From an uncultured Solirubrobacteraceae bacterium (lineage in GTDB: Bacteria > Actinomycetota > Thermoleophilia > Solirubrobacterales > Solirubrobacteraceae): 64,000 nt of DNA. The stretch covers positions 27,845-91,844 of the forward strand of contig CAVSVH010000005.1 of the NCBI GenBank assembly GCA_963731395.1, given 5' to 3'. Each line of letters starts with the position of its first letter. The first letter of the stretch is position 1. The position numbers were made by a program, and so were the translations under genes. The notes under the pieces are model-generated. The model did not search any database. It was not told where the DNA came from and worked only from the letters and a program-made list of their open reading frames with translations. This document shows, piece after piece, positions 26,554-38,572 of this stretch.

Positions 26554-27906
26554 CTAGGTGGTGAGTTCGGCCAGCCAGCGCAGCCCACGAAGGCCGGGTG
26601 CGAAGCAGTACTCGCCGCCGCGCGTCACGACGAACGGCGGGATCTCCTGTAGCCGGCGCCTGATGGGTTGCTTGGGGATCGTGAAGACCCCGTTCCCGGC
26701 CGGTCTTCCCACGAGCGGATCCTGCTCCCGCGGCGCACCGATGAAGATGCCGTCGTTCAGCCACTGGGTCTTGACGAACTCGAACTGGCGCTTCAGATGC
26801 GAGCCGGCGAACACGAAGATGATGCCCCGGTCTGCGCCGTCATCCTCGAGCACGCCGTCCGGGACGAGCGGGCCGTAGCTGGTGCCACGCCGGATCATTC
26901 GGTGCAGGCGGACGTCCACGCTCCCCTCACCATCAAACGCATCCCGGGGGTTGGCACGGCGCGCGTGCGCACCGGCGGGGCACTTGAGCCCGCGGCGATC
27001 GTCGGCGTAGAGGAAGGTGTTGTTCCGGGTGTCGTCGCCGCCGAGTTCCGGGTCGTCATGGTCAGGCGCCAAGGCCAGAGGGGCCCCACTCTGCCAGCGG
27101 CCGACCATCTTGGCGCCGAGCAACGCCTCCTCCTGGCGACCCGCCGCCCGGTCTCGGAGGTAACGGCGGTACGCAGCGACACGGGTGTGCAGCTTCCGAA
27201 ACACGACGTACGTGCCGTTGCGCCCGAGCACTGTCGGGGTGGGCATGGGCGGAAGATCTCCGGTCTCGTCGGGATAGCCGAGGATGAACTCACCCGCCTT
27301 GATCGGCCGCTCCAGCGGATTGGCCGCCGGGATCCCGCTCCCCTCGATCGCCGGTTGGCCGATCCCGTCCTTGAACCCGAACGACGTCCGGCCGGTCGGA
27401 AGCTGGTAGCAATCCTGGCGCCAGATCGCCTCCACCCCGGATAGATCCTCGACCGCCCGGCGCGCGCGCTCGAGCCTCGCCTCCAACCGCGCGGCGTCGG
27501 GTGAGAGGCCCGCCAGCGCGACGTGGACCTCGGGGGTACCGAGCGGCTTTTCCCAATTCTCGGGGCTGCTCTCGCCGCGATCACCCAACTCGGCCGCACG
27601 CGCCGCCATGCCCTGCCGGAACTCCGGCGCAAAGCTGTCGAGCGACGCTCTCGGCAGCCCCAGCGCCTTGAACCCCTGATGTGTGAACGCAACTGTTACC
27701 GAGGCGTTCTGGGCGGGGTCGGGTGACGCGCCAGCGGAGCCGACCGCCGGCAGCAGCCGCCGGATGAGCTCCCGGCCTGCCCGTCGGTCGTCGATGCGAA
27801 GCAGCAGGTAGGTCCCGACATACGGGGACGGTCGTTGGTGGAGCGCGCCGCCTTGGATGTCGTCGAGTTCGAGGCTCAAGCTTTCCGTCGCGGTCGGGGC
27901 GCTCAT
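26554..27906 (-). CDS. Dyp-type peroxidase
   Basis: DDIQG, FGFKDGIGQP (GxxDG), AHARRANPR, RMIRRGTSYG, TRGGEYCFAPG. Confidence 0.93.
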   Translation of the reverse strand: MSAPTATESLSLELDDIQGGALHQRPSPYVGTYLLLRIDDRRAGRELIRRLLPAVGSAGASPDPAQNASVTVAFTHQGFKALGLPRASLDSFAPEFRQGMAARAAELGDRGESSPENWEKPLGTPEVHVALAGLSPDAARLEARLERARRAVEDLSGVEAIWRQDCYQLPTGRTSFGFKDGIGQPAIEGSGIPAANPLERPIKAGEFILGYPDETGDLPPMPTPTVLGRNGTYVVFRKLHTRVAAYRRYLRDRAAGRQEEALLGAKMVGRWQSGAPLALAPDHDDPELGGDDTRNNTFLYADDRRGLKCPAGAHARRANPRDAFDGEGSVDVRLHRMIRRGTSYGPLVPDGVLEDDGADRGIIFVFAGSHLKRQFEFVKTQWLNDGIFIGAPREQDPLVGRPAGNGVFTIPKQPIRRRLQEIPPFVVTRGGEYCFAPGLRGLRWLAELTT

Positions 27907-27917
27907 GACTCGAACCT

Positions 27918-29053
27918 CTACAGGTGCTCGGGAGGGTTGGGAGGATCCGGATTCGGGGGCGCCAGGTAGGGGAACGCTTGCGACGCAGGTCGCGTCGCTT
28001 GATCGACGCCGTCGCGGATCGTGGGTCCGTTGCCGGCGTTCACAAGCAACGTGAAGATCGTGTCCATCACGTCGTCGTTCAGCGCTCGGCCGCCACAGGT
28101 CTGGTGCGCGTCGCCGCGCCGGGCGGCCAGCTCGATCTCGAGGAACGAGCCCAGCTCGGCGTACGGCTTGGCCACGTCGACGACGAGATAGTCCGCGAGC
28201 AACAACTCGGTCAGCGGGTGCGTCCCGTCCGCGCTGATCGGCCAGTCGGTGTTGCCGTCAAGGCTGTCCCAGAACGCGAGGTTCGCGTTCAGCCTCGCGC
28301 GGTACGCTCCCTCGTAGGGCTGGGAAAGGTGAAACGCGTCCTCCATGTTGTAGAGGTCACGGATCTCGAGATCCCGGTTTACGGGGTCAAACTCCTTGGG
28401 CGCCAGCATCAGGTTCGGCACCTCGGGTCGCCCGACCCGCTCGAGCCGGACGTGGAGCTTGCCGCGCGTCAGCGTCTCGCCGACCACGGCAATGAGATCG
28501 CAGCACTCAAATAGGCTCGTGCGGTCGACCTCGACTACCAGGCTGAGCACGTTCTTGCCGTCGAGATAGATCGAGCTCGGGTCGGTAAACGCCAGCTTCC
28601 GCGTCGCGATCGTGTTGAGCGCCGCCGGCGCATCCAGCATGAACGGGTCCCACCGGAGCCCAGCGAATACGCGGACCCCATGCGCTCGGGCACCCCGCTC
28701 GTCGTGCACGTTGAACGCGACCGTCTCGCCGGCCGGCGTCGAGCATGTGCCCTCCTGCTCAAGCGCGGTCCCGCCCTCGTCGCCCCTGGCTCGGAGAACA
28801 CGCAATCGAATACGAGCTCCTTGGGACCTGCGGCAAACGGCGCCGGCTCGTCGGGGCCGGCAGCGGTCAGCGGGCGCAGCCGGAAGCGGTAGATCAGCCC
28901 GTCCGAGAACTGCGCCGACGGCGGCGCGAACGGCAGCGTGTTCAGCACCAGCACGAGCGAGTCCGGCCGCTCCGGGCTCGGGAACGCGTACAGGTCGGTG
29001 ATGTCCGCGATCGGCTCGGCTGCCGCTCGGGGCCCGGAGATGTGGTGGGACAT
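27918..29053 (-). pseudogene. DUF4331-family protein split by a single frameshift near 28790
   Basis: MSHHISGP...DITDLYAF N-terminus in ORF 28535..29053; FAGLRWDPF...GGRALNDDVMD...FPYLAPPN in ORF 27918..28805. Confidence 0.8.
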
Positions 29054-29090
29054 TGCGTGCGCTCGCCGGCCGGTGCGTGCTCGCGCCGGG

Positions 29091-29639
29091 CTAGTCGCTG
29101 GCTTCGTTAAGCAACGGCTTCAGCGCCGGGTGCTGCAGAGCCTCGGCGGCCGCGGGATCGTCGAGCACCCGTTGGAACGCGTCGTTCACACGCAGGGCCT
29201 TGCGGATCTCTTTGACCGTCCCGGGGTAGTTGCGGGCGTAGGCGGCAGCGGTGCGTTGAGCGCCGAGAATGAACGCTTTCAGGGCGGCGAGGTCGGGAAG
29301 GCCCTCGTACCCCTCGACGTGCTGGAAGACCGCGTCGAACAATGCCAGCGTCGATCCGGAATTGAGGAAGTCGTCCATGTAGGCGTCCCACGGGCCATCG
29401 AAGCTCGTCGCGAACAGGAGCCGGGTGTCGTCGTCGAAAGGCACGAACCGGGCCTCGTGAATCGTGGCAACCGCCATGTTGTAGTCCCCCGACTGATAGC
29501 CCGGGGTGTTCTGCAGCGCTCGCAGCGCTTCACGCAGGGCGGTCGCGTGTCCGGGCTTGATGCGGAAGAACAAGCTGAACTCGCTCGTGGACCCGACGGT
29601 GACACCCGGCCGGGTTGTTTCTGTCTCAGATGTTGTCAA
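29091..29639 (-). CDS. Conserved hypothetical protein of the type found beside DyP genes
   Basis: TIHEARFVPFDDDTRLLFATSFDGPWDAYMDDF; TTG start with strong RBS. Confidence 0.8.
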   Translation of the reverse strand: MTTSETETTRPGVTVGSTSEFSLFFRIKPGHATALREALRALQNTPGYQSGDYNMAVATIHEARFVPFDDDTRLLFATSFDGPWDAYMDDFLNSGSTLALFDAVFQHVEGYEGLPDLAALKAFILGAQRTAAAYARNYPGTVKEIRKALRVNDAFQRVLDDPAAAEALQHPALKPLLNEASD

Positions 29640-29703
29640 GCCTTCCCTCCCGCATCGCTCGATTGCGCCCGCAAAACCAACCTACGAAACGAGATCTCGG
29701 CGT

Positions 29704-29722
29704 CATCACCCGAATCGGATGA
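29704..29722 (-). promoter_or_regulatory. Palindromic operator TCATCCG-N3-CGGGTGA(TG), copy 2
   Basis: A -10-like TAGGTT lies 21 nt after the palindrome, facing the DyP operon. Confidence 0.6.
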
Positions 29723-30029
29723 GCGGCACGCCAGTGGACGTCAACGGGATCCGCTCGGCCGTCCGCTGGGCCCGGAGAAAGGCGCAATGGCGGTCAGACG
29801 ACCCCCATCGTTAGGTCGGCCAGAAGGCCCGGAATGCGCAGAGACGCGACATCCGTCCGTCCAGGTGCTAGCAGATCCTCCGCTACCGATCGGATGAAGC
29901 GGACTCTCCTACGCTCTGTCCTGCCATACCAGCACTGTTGACGAGGGCAGCTGCTCGCCCGCTGATGCGGAAGTACTCCTCACGCACAACGGCGGACGCA
30001 TCGCCACCAACGAGGACAACAACTCGGCG

Positions 30030-30153
30030 TTAGACGGCAGCCTGCTCCTCCGCTTGGCCGCGGTGCGCCGCCAGGTGGCGATAGAGCGTCGCCTGCCCGA
30101 CGCCGAGCTCGGCGGCGATCTGGCTCATCGTCAGCTCGCCGTTCTCGCGCATC
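30030..30153 (-). mobile_element. Resolvase (serine recombinase) C-terminal HTH remnant
   Basis: MRENGELTMSQIAAELGVGQATLYRHL, a Hin/resolvase-type HTH without a catalytic domain. Confidence 0.6.
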
Positions 30154-30622
30154 GCGACGACAAGGCAGGAGCCACGGCTGAGCGCCGCTGAGTTCCGCTT
30201 TGACCCGATCATTTGCCCCGGGCCGGCTAGCACACGGAGGGACCCGCGCTCGGATTCGGCGCGATGCGCGCATCTCGACGCGAAGCGGTAGATACGCGCC
30301 GCGACAGAAGAGCAGGTCCCGGACCATGCGGCTGCGAGGCGATGGCGGCCTCGCCGCCGAGCTCCGGGGTGCGTCGGGTGCCGCCGATGAGAGCCTCAGT
30401 CCAGCGGGGCAATGAAGGAGATGCGGGACGGGTCGATGGCCGATCGACAGGCTGGCCGCATCTCGTCCAGGCTTGGCGGAACTGCTTACGGTGAGGACTT
30501 CGATCTCCGGCTCCGCTTGGCGCACAACGACATCGTCCCGGCGGGCTTCTCGATCTACTGTGACGACGGGGGAGCTCCCCGGTTCTTTAGACGGCGTAGA
30601 GCGGATGCGTCGCGTCGGTGGG

Positions 30623-31827
30623 CTAGATGGACCAGAGGGCTTGGGCGGGTGAGAGGCGGGCGGCGCGTAGGGCGGGGATGAGCCCGGCGACCGCGCCGAT
30701 AATGAGGGAGGCGGCGATGCCGCCGGCCCAGGCTTCGGTGGGGATGATGGTGGCCCAGTGTTTGGTGTGGGCGTAGACGGCGGTGGCGGCGGCGCCGAGC
30801 GCGACGCCGACGGTGCCGCCGAGCAGTCCGAGGAGGATGGCTTCGCAGAGGAACTGGGTGCGGATGTGGCTTTTGGTGGCGCCGAGGGCGCGGCGCAGTC
30901 CGATCTCGGAGCGGCGTTCGAGGACGGAGATGATCATGATGTTGGCGACGCCGACCGCGCCAACGAGGAGGGCGACGGCGCCGAGGCCGAGGAATAGGCC
31001 GTTGAGGGCGCTCTTGGCGTCGGCTTGGGCGGCGAGGGCGGAGGAGGGTTGGCTGACGCTGACCCCGCTGGGGTTCTCGGGGTTTGCGGTGGCGGCCAAG
31101 AGGTTGTCGACCGCGTTGACCCGGTCGTGTTGGGCGCGGAGGTAGATGGTGGAGGGGTGGCCGTCAAAGCCGAGGTATTTCTCTGCCGCGGGGTAGCCGA
31201 TCAGGACGGAGGTGTCGATGGCAGAGGCGAGCACGGCGGGGTTGAGGATGCCGGCGACGTAGAACCACTGGCCGCCCACCCAAATGCGTCCGCCGGGATA
31301 AATGCGGTCGATGCCCAGCAGTTGGGCGGTGGCGGCGCCGAGGACAGCGACGGGTTCCTGGACAGTGGCCGTGTTGAGATAGTGGCCTTGGGCGACGGTG
31401 GTTGTGACCACTGGCAGGAGGTTGAGGGATGCGGCTTGGACGGTGAGGCCGTTGGTGTCGACTGAGGGGATGTAGGGGGTGCGGAAGGCGTTGGCGCCGC
31501 TGACCGTCCCGGTGCTCTGCACCTGCCGCACACCGCTGATCCGGCTGATCATGGCCGGTGCCGTCGTCGGCAGCTCCGCGGTGCCGCCGGCAAAGTTCTG
31601 CCCGTTGCTGACGGTCAGCAGGTTGGTACCGAGCTGGTTGATCTCGGCCAGCAGGCCGGCCTGGGAGGAGGCCGACAGGCCAAGCACGGCGACGATGGCG
31701 GCCACGCCGATGGCGATCCCGAGGGCGGATAGCCCGGCCCGCAACTTCCGTGTGCGAAGTCCCACGGTCGAGAGCCGGCCCAGGTCAGACAGCTGTAACC
31801 GTCTCCGGCTCGGGGTATCGGTGGCGG

Positions 31828-31831
<4 letters not shown>
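30623..31831 (-). CDS. ABC transporter permease (MacB/FtsX family)
   Basis: LSALGIAIGVAA, GVANIMIISVLERRSEIGLRRALGA. Confidence 0.93.
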
Positions 31832-32675
<844 letters not shown>

Positions 32676-32679
<4 letters not shown>

Positions 32680-33833
32680 GTTGACGCGACCACCACTTCT
32701 TGGCCCGCGGCCAGCCCCGAGCCGGTGACCTGCACCAGCCCCTCGGCGTCGTCAAAGAGCCCGAGCGAGACCCCCACGAGATGGTTGCTCGCGCCTGCGC
32801 CGACGACCTCGACGGCGTAGCCCCCGCCGGACCGGGCCAGGAGCGCGGTCACTGGCACCACCAGGGCGTTGGGCACGCTGGCGGTGGTGATCCCGACCTG
32901 CACCGGCGCCTGATTCCACCTGCCAGCCGCGGCCCGATCAGACGGGGTGACGTCCACGGTGATGGTCGGTGTGCTGCTGCCAGAGCTGCCTGAGGAGCAG
33001 GCGTCGGTTCCCGGGGCGGCGGAGCCCGACCCCGACCCAGCCGACCCCGAGCTCGACGGGCAGGTCGCGACCGCCCCCACCAAGGAGATGACACCCGGGG
33101 TGGTCCGGTTGTCGGGGAGGGTGATCGTCACCTTGTCCCCGACCGCCATATTGGTCTGTTGCGCGGCGCCCACCGCCAGCTGCACCTGGCGAGTGGTCGA
33201 GGTGCCCTGCAGCACCGTCTCGCCGGGCTGGGCCCGGCCGCCGAGCTGACCTGACACGCTCGTCACCCGCACGGCGGCCGGTTCGAACACCGCCTGACCA
33301 AGCGCCAGCGTGCCAGTCCGGGTCACCCCCGTGGCGGCCTGGAGCTTCTCGACGCCCGTGGTGGTGGCCGACCCGAAGAACGCGAACCTCGGATGAAGCT
33401 GAGCTGAGGTGGCATAGCCGAGCGCGACCAGATCCGCGTTGAGCTCGGCCACGTCAGGACCCGTCGCTCCGGCCGAGAGGGTTCGGTAGGCGGGTGTCGA
33501 GCCGTGCAGCAACACCACCGGGTTGTCGTTGACCCGGTAGAGCACGTGCCCTTCAGCGATCACCCGGCCGATCGCGGGCAGCTGGGTGTACGTCCCCTGG
33601 GTCTGGTTGACCACCGAGTACGGCGAGCCGTCCGATCGCGCCCGGTAGGCCAGGACTCCCGGCTGGGAGACCATGGCCGAGAGCGTCCTCTTCTCCACCC
33701 GCGCGGTGGCCGCCGGCGCCGGCAACCCGGCCGCAGCTGCTGGCTTGGCACCTGACGTCACGGCCACGTCGGTGGCGGCGACTGCGGCGATCAGGACGGC
33801 CGCCGCGGCCGGCACCCATGTCGTCCGCCTCAT
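32676..33833 (-). CDS. Peptidoglycan-binding periplasmic adaptor-like protein of the ABC system
   Basis: PVVLLHGSTPAYRTL..GATGPDVAELNADLVALGY, ALVVPVTALLA, VSLGLF. Confidence 0.85.
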
Positions 33834-34381
33834 CGCGTGACTCCCGCTGCGGCTGCCACATCGCGGCACTTCTGCATCGCGGCACGGAGAATGCTCATTC
33901 CCCCGGGTGCTGCGGCGGATGGGATTCGACCAGTGTCGACGAGGGGCCCGTTTGGGATGGGGTCCGGGAAGTCCGTCACGCCGTTCTCGCGGATGCACTG
34001 GGCGAACTTGAGGGCCGCGTCCTGCTGCTGGGAGCTCCGCGCGCTGCCCATGAACCCCGGCGGTTCCAGGTCTTTGCACACGCTGATGGCCTGCTTGAAC
34101 GCCGGCGTGCTCGTATCCAACGACGACCCGTTCGCTATCGCATCGATGGTGAGCTTGCCCGACGCGCCCGGGTCCGGGAACTCGGTGACCCCGTTGGTTC
34201 GAATGCACTCGGCGAACTTCACCGCCTTCTCGTGGGCGCTGGCGGTCGGATCGCCGCCACCGCTACTGCTGCCGCCGCTGCCGCTGCTCGTGGTGGCCGG
34301 CGCGCTGGAACCGCACGCGCTGATCAGGGCGACCATCGCGATCAGGGCCAGCGCGGCCAGCGGCCGTCGTCGTCTACTCAT
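33830..34381 (-). CDS. Lipoprotein with two KFAxCIRxNGVxxFPDP repeats
   Basis: Lipobox ISAC; duplicated Cys-containing motif. Confidence 0.85.
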   Translation of the reverse strand: MSRRRRPLAALALIAMVALISACGSSAPATTSSGSGGSSSGGGDPTASAHEKAVKFAECIRTNGVTEFPDPGASGKLTIDAIANGSSLDTSTPAFKQAISVCKDLEPPGFMGSARSSQQQDAALKFAQCIRENGVTDFPDPIPNGPLVDTGRIPSAAAPGGMSILRAAMQKCRDVAAAAGVTR

Positions 34382-34413
34382 GGTTGCTCCTGCGGGTCGT
34401 GATCGTGTTGACA

Positions 34414-35535
34414 TCAAGGCTGTGCCGACGGGGGAGCGGGCGGCAGCGGGCGGCGATGGCCGTCGGCGTCTCTTATTGGGTCACCAGACGCGTCCGGCGC
34501 AGCGATCGCGCGTACGCGGGTCATGGGGGCAGTGGAGTTGACTAGCTGCTGGGCGGCTTGGCCCGCGGCGGCGAGGAGTGCCGAGGTGTTGCTGCCCTGT
34601 CCCTGCCCTAGGACCACGCCGGCCGCGGTCTGTTGGCGCCCACTGACCGTCACGTGGGTGAAGAACGCCAGGCACCCCCTGGCCGCGGAGTCCGATCCGG
34701 TCTTGCCGGCGTACCCCTCGGCGCTCAGGGGGTTGAAGTTGGTGAGCGTGCCGGCGACCGGCAGCGTCACGATTCCCGTCGAGACGATCTGCCGGAACAC
34801 CGAAAAGCGCATCGCCGCCTGGAAGACGCGCAGCTGATCAGCGGCGGTCGAGACGGTGCTGGGATCAAACCCGCTGGGATCGGTGTAGGTCGTGTGGTCC
34901 ATCCCGAGCGCGCGCGCCTCGGTGTTCATATCGGCGACAAAGCGCGTCTCGCTACCCGCCAACACGGTGGCGAGCATCCCGGCGATGTTGTTGCCAGACG
35001 GGATCAGCAATGCCTCCAGTAGCTCGCGCTCGGTCAGCTGCTCACCGGCCACCACCGCCACCACCGACTGTCCCTCGGCGCGGTCCTGAGCCACTGCCTG
35101 CGCCTCGACCGCAGACACGGTGGTCGTGAACCCGTCCTGCGCGCCGTTCAGGGGATAACGCTCGAGGACCAGGTAGGCGGTCATCGCCTTGGCCAGACTG
35201 GCGATCGGGACCGGCTGCTCGTACTGGCTCGCCGCCGGGCGGCCGTTGCCGAGCACCAACGCCGCTTGTCCCTGCTGCGGCCACCTCACCGCCGGGGCGT
35301 CGGTGTGATTCGTCTTCGACAGGTAGGCGCGATGCTGGCCGTTGGGGATCCGGGTCTTGCCATTGAACGGGTGGCGGGCTGTCACGAACGCCGTATGGGC
35401 AAGCGCGAGCGCGAGCGCCGCGGAGAGCAGCACGCGGCGACGGCGCGCGCGGTACGCGGTTCTCGACCCGTACCGAGCTGGCTCGGTTGACCGGGTACGG
35501 TGGGCTGCTGCTCGTGCTGGTTGCCCGTCGGTCAC
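34414..35535 (-). CDS. D-alanyl-D-alanine carboxypeptidase (peptidase S11)
   Basis: SxxK (SLAK), SxN (SGN) and KTG motifs; YTDPSG. Confidence 0.9.
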   Translation of the reverse strand: MTDGQPARAAAHRTRSTEPARYGSRTAYRARRRRVLLSAALALALAHTAFVTARHPFNGKTRIPNGQHRAYLSKTNHTDAPAVRWPQQGQAALVLGNGRPAASQYEQPVPIASLAKAMTAYLVLERYPLNGAQDGFTTTVSAVEAQAVAQDRAEGQSVVAVVAGEQLTERELLEALLIPSGNNIAGMLATVLAGSETRFVADMNTEARALGMDHTTYTDPSGFDPSTVSTAADQLRVFQAAMRFSVFRQIVSTGIVTLPVAGTLTNFNPLSAEGYAGKTGSDSAARGCLAFFTHVTVSGRQQTAAGVVLGQGQGSNTSALLAAAGQAAQQLVNSTAPMTRVRAIAAPDASGDPIRDADGHRRPLPPAPPSAQP

Positions 35536-35556
35536 GCCTGCCAGTCAAGGCGGCCG

Positions 35557-35616
35557 GGCGTTGCCAGAACGTATGTGTTTTTCGATACGCCGACGATATG
35601 GTCGGGCTGGCAGCAT
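35557..35616. promoter_or_regulatory. Divergent promoter region with probable VanR-type binding site
   Basis: GCGTTGCC..CGTATG...TTTCGATACG..CGATATG. CAGCAT -10 lies 7 nt before the regulator ATG (leaderless, as recalled for Streptomyces vanR). Confidence 0.45.
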
Positions 35617-35623
35617 CGAGCGC

Positions 35624-36311
<688 letters not shown>

Positions 36312-36319
<8 letters not shown>

Positions 36320-36377
36320 AGCTCCCGGACTGAGTGTTCGCCTCAAAATCACCCTCCAGCGCGGCGACCAAACCTAA
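36312..36377 (+). pseudogene. Truncated original VanS N-terminus (21 aa)
   Basis: GGAGG plus a TTG overlapping the vanR stop; (M)HRAPGLSVRLKITL then QRGDQT and a stop. Confidence 0.7.
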
Positions 36378-36379
36378 CC

Positions 36380-37582
36380 GTGTCGCGCCTCTCCCTCGCC
36401 AAGCCCGCGCCACGTCGAATGCTCCACCTACCGTCACGGACCGTGCGCCTGCGCCTGACAGTCCTCTACAGCGGACTATTCGTCGTCTCGGGAGTAGCGC
36501 TGCTCGCGGCTACCTACCTGATCTTCCGCAGCAACAGCGGGGTCGACCTGATCGTCCCGACCGGAAACCGGGGCGGCCTCCACGGGATTTCGCAGAACCC
36601 GGAGGTCGTCCGCCAGGTGCGCCAAATGTACGAGACGTCCGTTGCACGTCACAGCCACGGCCTCCACCAGGGACTCATCCAGTCCGGGATCGCGTTAGCG
36701 ATCATGACCATCGTCTCGATCGCGCTCGGTTGGCTGGTCGCGGGCCGGGTCCTGCAACCGCTGCGCGCGATGACGGCGACTACGCGGCAGATCTCCGAGC
36801 GCAATCTGAACGAGCGCCTCGCGCTCCAAGGGCCCCCTGACGAGTTGAAGGATCTCGCAGACACCATCGACGGCCTCCTCACACGGCTCGAGGCACACGT
36901 CGCCGAACAGCAGAGATTCGCAGCCAACGCCTCCCACGAGCTGCGCACCCCGCTGGCGATCACGCAAACACTTCTCGACGTGGCCCGCCACGATCCGAAC
37001 CGTGACACCGGCGACCTCGTCCACCGCCTTCACGAGGTCAACACCCGCGCGATCGACCTCACCGAAGCATTGCTCCTGCTCAGCCGCGCCGACCAGCGGT
37101 CCTTCACCCAAGAACAGGTCGAACTGTCCCTCATGGCAGAAGCGGCCACCGAGACGCTCCTCCCCCTCGCAGAAAGTCGCGGCGTCACCATCGAGACCTC
37201 CGGCGCGACGACAACCACCATCGGATCACACGCGCTCCTGCTGCAGTTGACTACGAACCTCGTGCAGAACGCGATCGTCCACAATCTGTCCGAACAAGGC
37301 ACCGTGCGGGTCACGACGAGCGCTCACGCCAACAGCGTGGAGCTCACCGTCGAGAACACCGGCGAAAAGCTCACCCCACAGTTGGTCTCCACGCTCACCG
37401 AACCGTTCCTTCGCGGCACCGAACGCATACGCACCGACCACACAGGTGTCGGCCTCGGCCTGGCCATCGTCAAGAGCATCACAAAAGCACACGACGGAAC
37501 CCTCACCCTCACCCCCCGCACCGCCGGCGGGCTCCGCGTCACGGTACAACTACCCGCCGCGCCACCGCACACCGGCAGATGA
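36380..37582 (+). CDS. HAMP-domain sensor histidine kinase with a VanS-like catalytic core
   Basis: LEAHVAEQQRFAANASHELRTPLAITQTLLDVA, NLVQNAIVHN, GVGLGLAIV; 2 TM. Confidence 0.9.
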   Translation: MSRLSLAKPAPRRMLHLPSRTVRLRLTVLYSGLFVVSGVALLAATYLIFRSNSGVDLIVPTGNRGGLHGISQNPEVVRQVRQMYETSVARHSHGLHQGLIQSGIALAIMTIVSIALGWLVAGRVLQPLRAMTATTRQISERNLNERLALQGPPDELKDLADTIDGLLTRLEAHVAEQQRFAANASHELRTPLAITQTLLDVARHDPNRDTGDLVHRLHEVNTRAIDLTEALLLLSRADQRSFTQEQVELSLMAEAATETLLPLAESRGVTIETSGATTTTIGSHALLLQLTTNLVQNAIVHNLSEQGTVRVTTSAHANSVELTVENTGEKLTPQLVSTLTEPFLRGTERIRTDHTGVGLGLAIVKSITKAHDGTLTLTPRTAGGLRVTVQLPAAPPHTGR

Positions 37583-37939
37583 CGATCACGGACTTGCCGC
37601 ACGCCCCAAGAGCACCTGTGGGACGGTCCGCTCTCCGTACGGCAATCTTCAGCGTAACCGTCTGACACCCGGCGCGACGAATGCGGTCTCATGCGCCTCG
37701 TGGCCGCCCACCTGCCCCTGGCGGAAGGCGTTCCAGGCGCGGTGGCTGGCGCCGGTGGGCTACGCCGGGCCGGATGGGCGCGGAGCGGCCTGCTCGAGCG
37801 GCGACTGGGCGACCACGCCGGGGGCGCTGGCGGCGGGCGCAGCCGCCAGCCCGCCGGGCGTGGTGCGAGCGGTCGGGCTCCGGACCGCGGCGCTGGTACG
37901 GGCACCGCGACCATCGCGCCCGTCCGATCCGCCGCGCCG

Positions 37940-38368
37940 CTAGAGCACGGCTCCGCGGCGACCGCTCCAGGCGCGGAATCCGCGGCGGAAGAACATCAAG
38001 CGGGCCAGGAAGAGGAGCGGGATGAGGATCCACAGGCCGCTGGCCACACCGACAATCAGGTGAATGGCGACGATCGCCAGGATGATTGGGACGATCGGGA
38101 TCAGGCGCGGGCAGCCAAGGCCGAAGCCGGTGCGGCCGCCCGCGCGGTGCCGGGCCGTATCGTCCGGCAGGTCGCGCGTGAGCTCGGCCAACTCGCCGAC
38201 GGTCTTCGCTGCGAAGCACCGGTCGAGGCGCTCCTGGAATTCGTCCTGGTCGATCCGGCCGTCGGTGTGGTGCTGGCGCAGACGGTCGGCGGTCGCGTCG
38301 CGGTCGGCGTCGCTCGCGCGCAGGTTGGGATTCTGCATCATCTGGCTGATCGTGTCGTACCCGTACAT
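37940..38368 (-). CDS. DUF1707 (SHOCT-like) membrane protein
   Basis: LRASDADRD...GRIDQDEFQERLD...ELAELTRDLP plus C-terminal TM. Confidence 0.88.
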   Translation of the reverse strand: MYGYDTISQMMQNPNLRASDADRDATADRLRQHHTDGRIDQDEFQERLDRCFAAKTVGELAELTRDLPDDTARHRAGGRTGFGLGCPRLIPIVPIILAIVAIHLIVGVASGLWILIPLLFLARLMFFRRGFRAWSGRRGAVL

Positions 38369-38462
38369 CGTTGCTCCCTCGGTCTGTGTGATTCGGTCGC
38401 GTGCTGCATGGAGAAGCATGCTCTCCGGCGGGCGGTTTGTCGTCGGGCGACGGGCGGCTCCT

Positions 38463-38545
38463 GTGCTGCTCCCGGTGGCTGATCGGAGCAGCACCGTGTA
38501 CTCCCGCCGGCGTATCCGCGGCTGCGCCCAGGAGCCGATGACGGC
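38463..38545. promoter_or_regulatory. Inverted repeat and probable NarL-type regulator boxes
   Basis: GTGCTGCTCC-N12-GGAGCAGCAC (38463-38494) and repeated CTCCCG-N2-GGC units between divergent genes. Confidence 0.45.
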
Positions 38546-38572
38546 CCCGGAGGGCGGGGATATCGTGCGGCT

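Noticed and set aside
26554-27906. DyP as encapsulin cargo
   Set aside because: No encapsulin gene in the window and no C-terminal GSLxIGSL-like targeting peptide.
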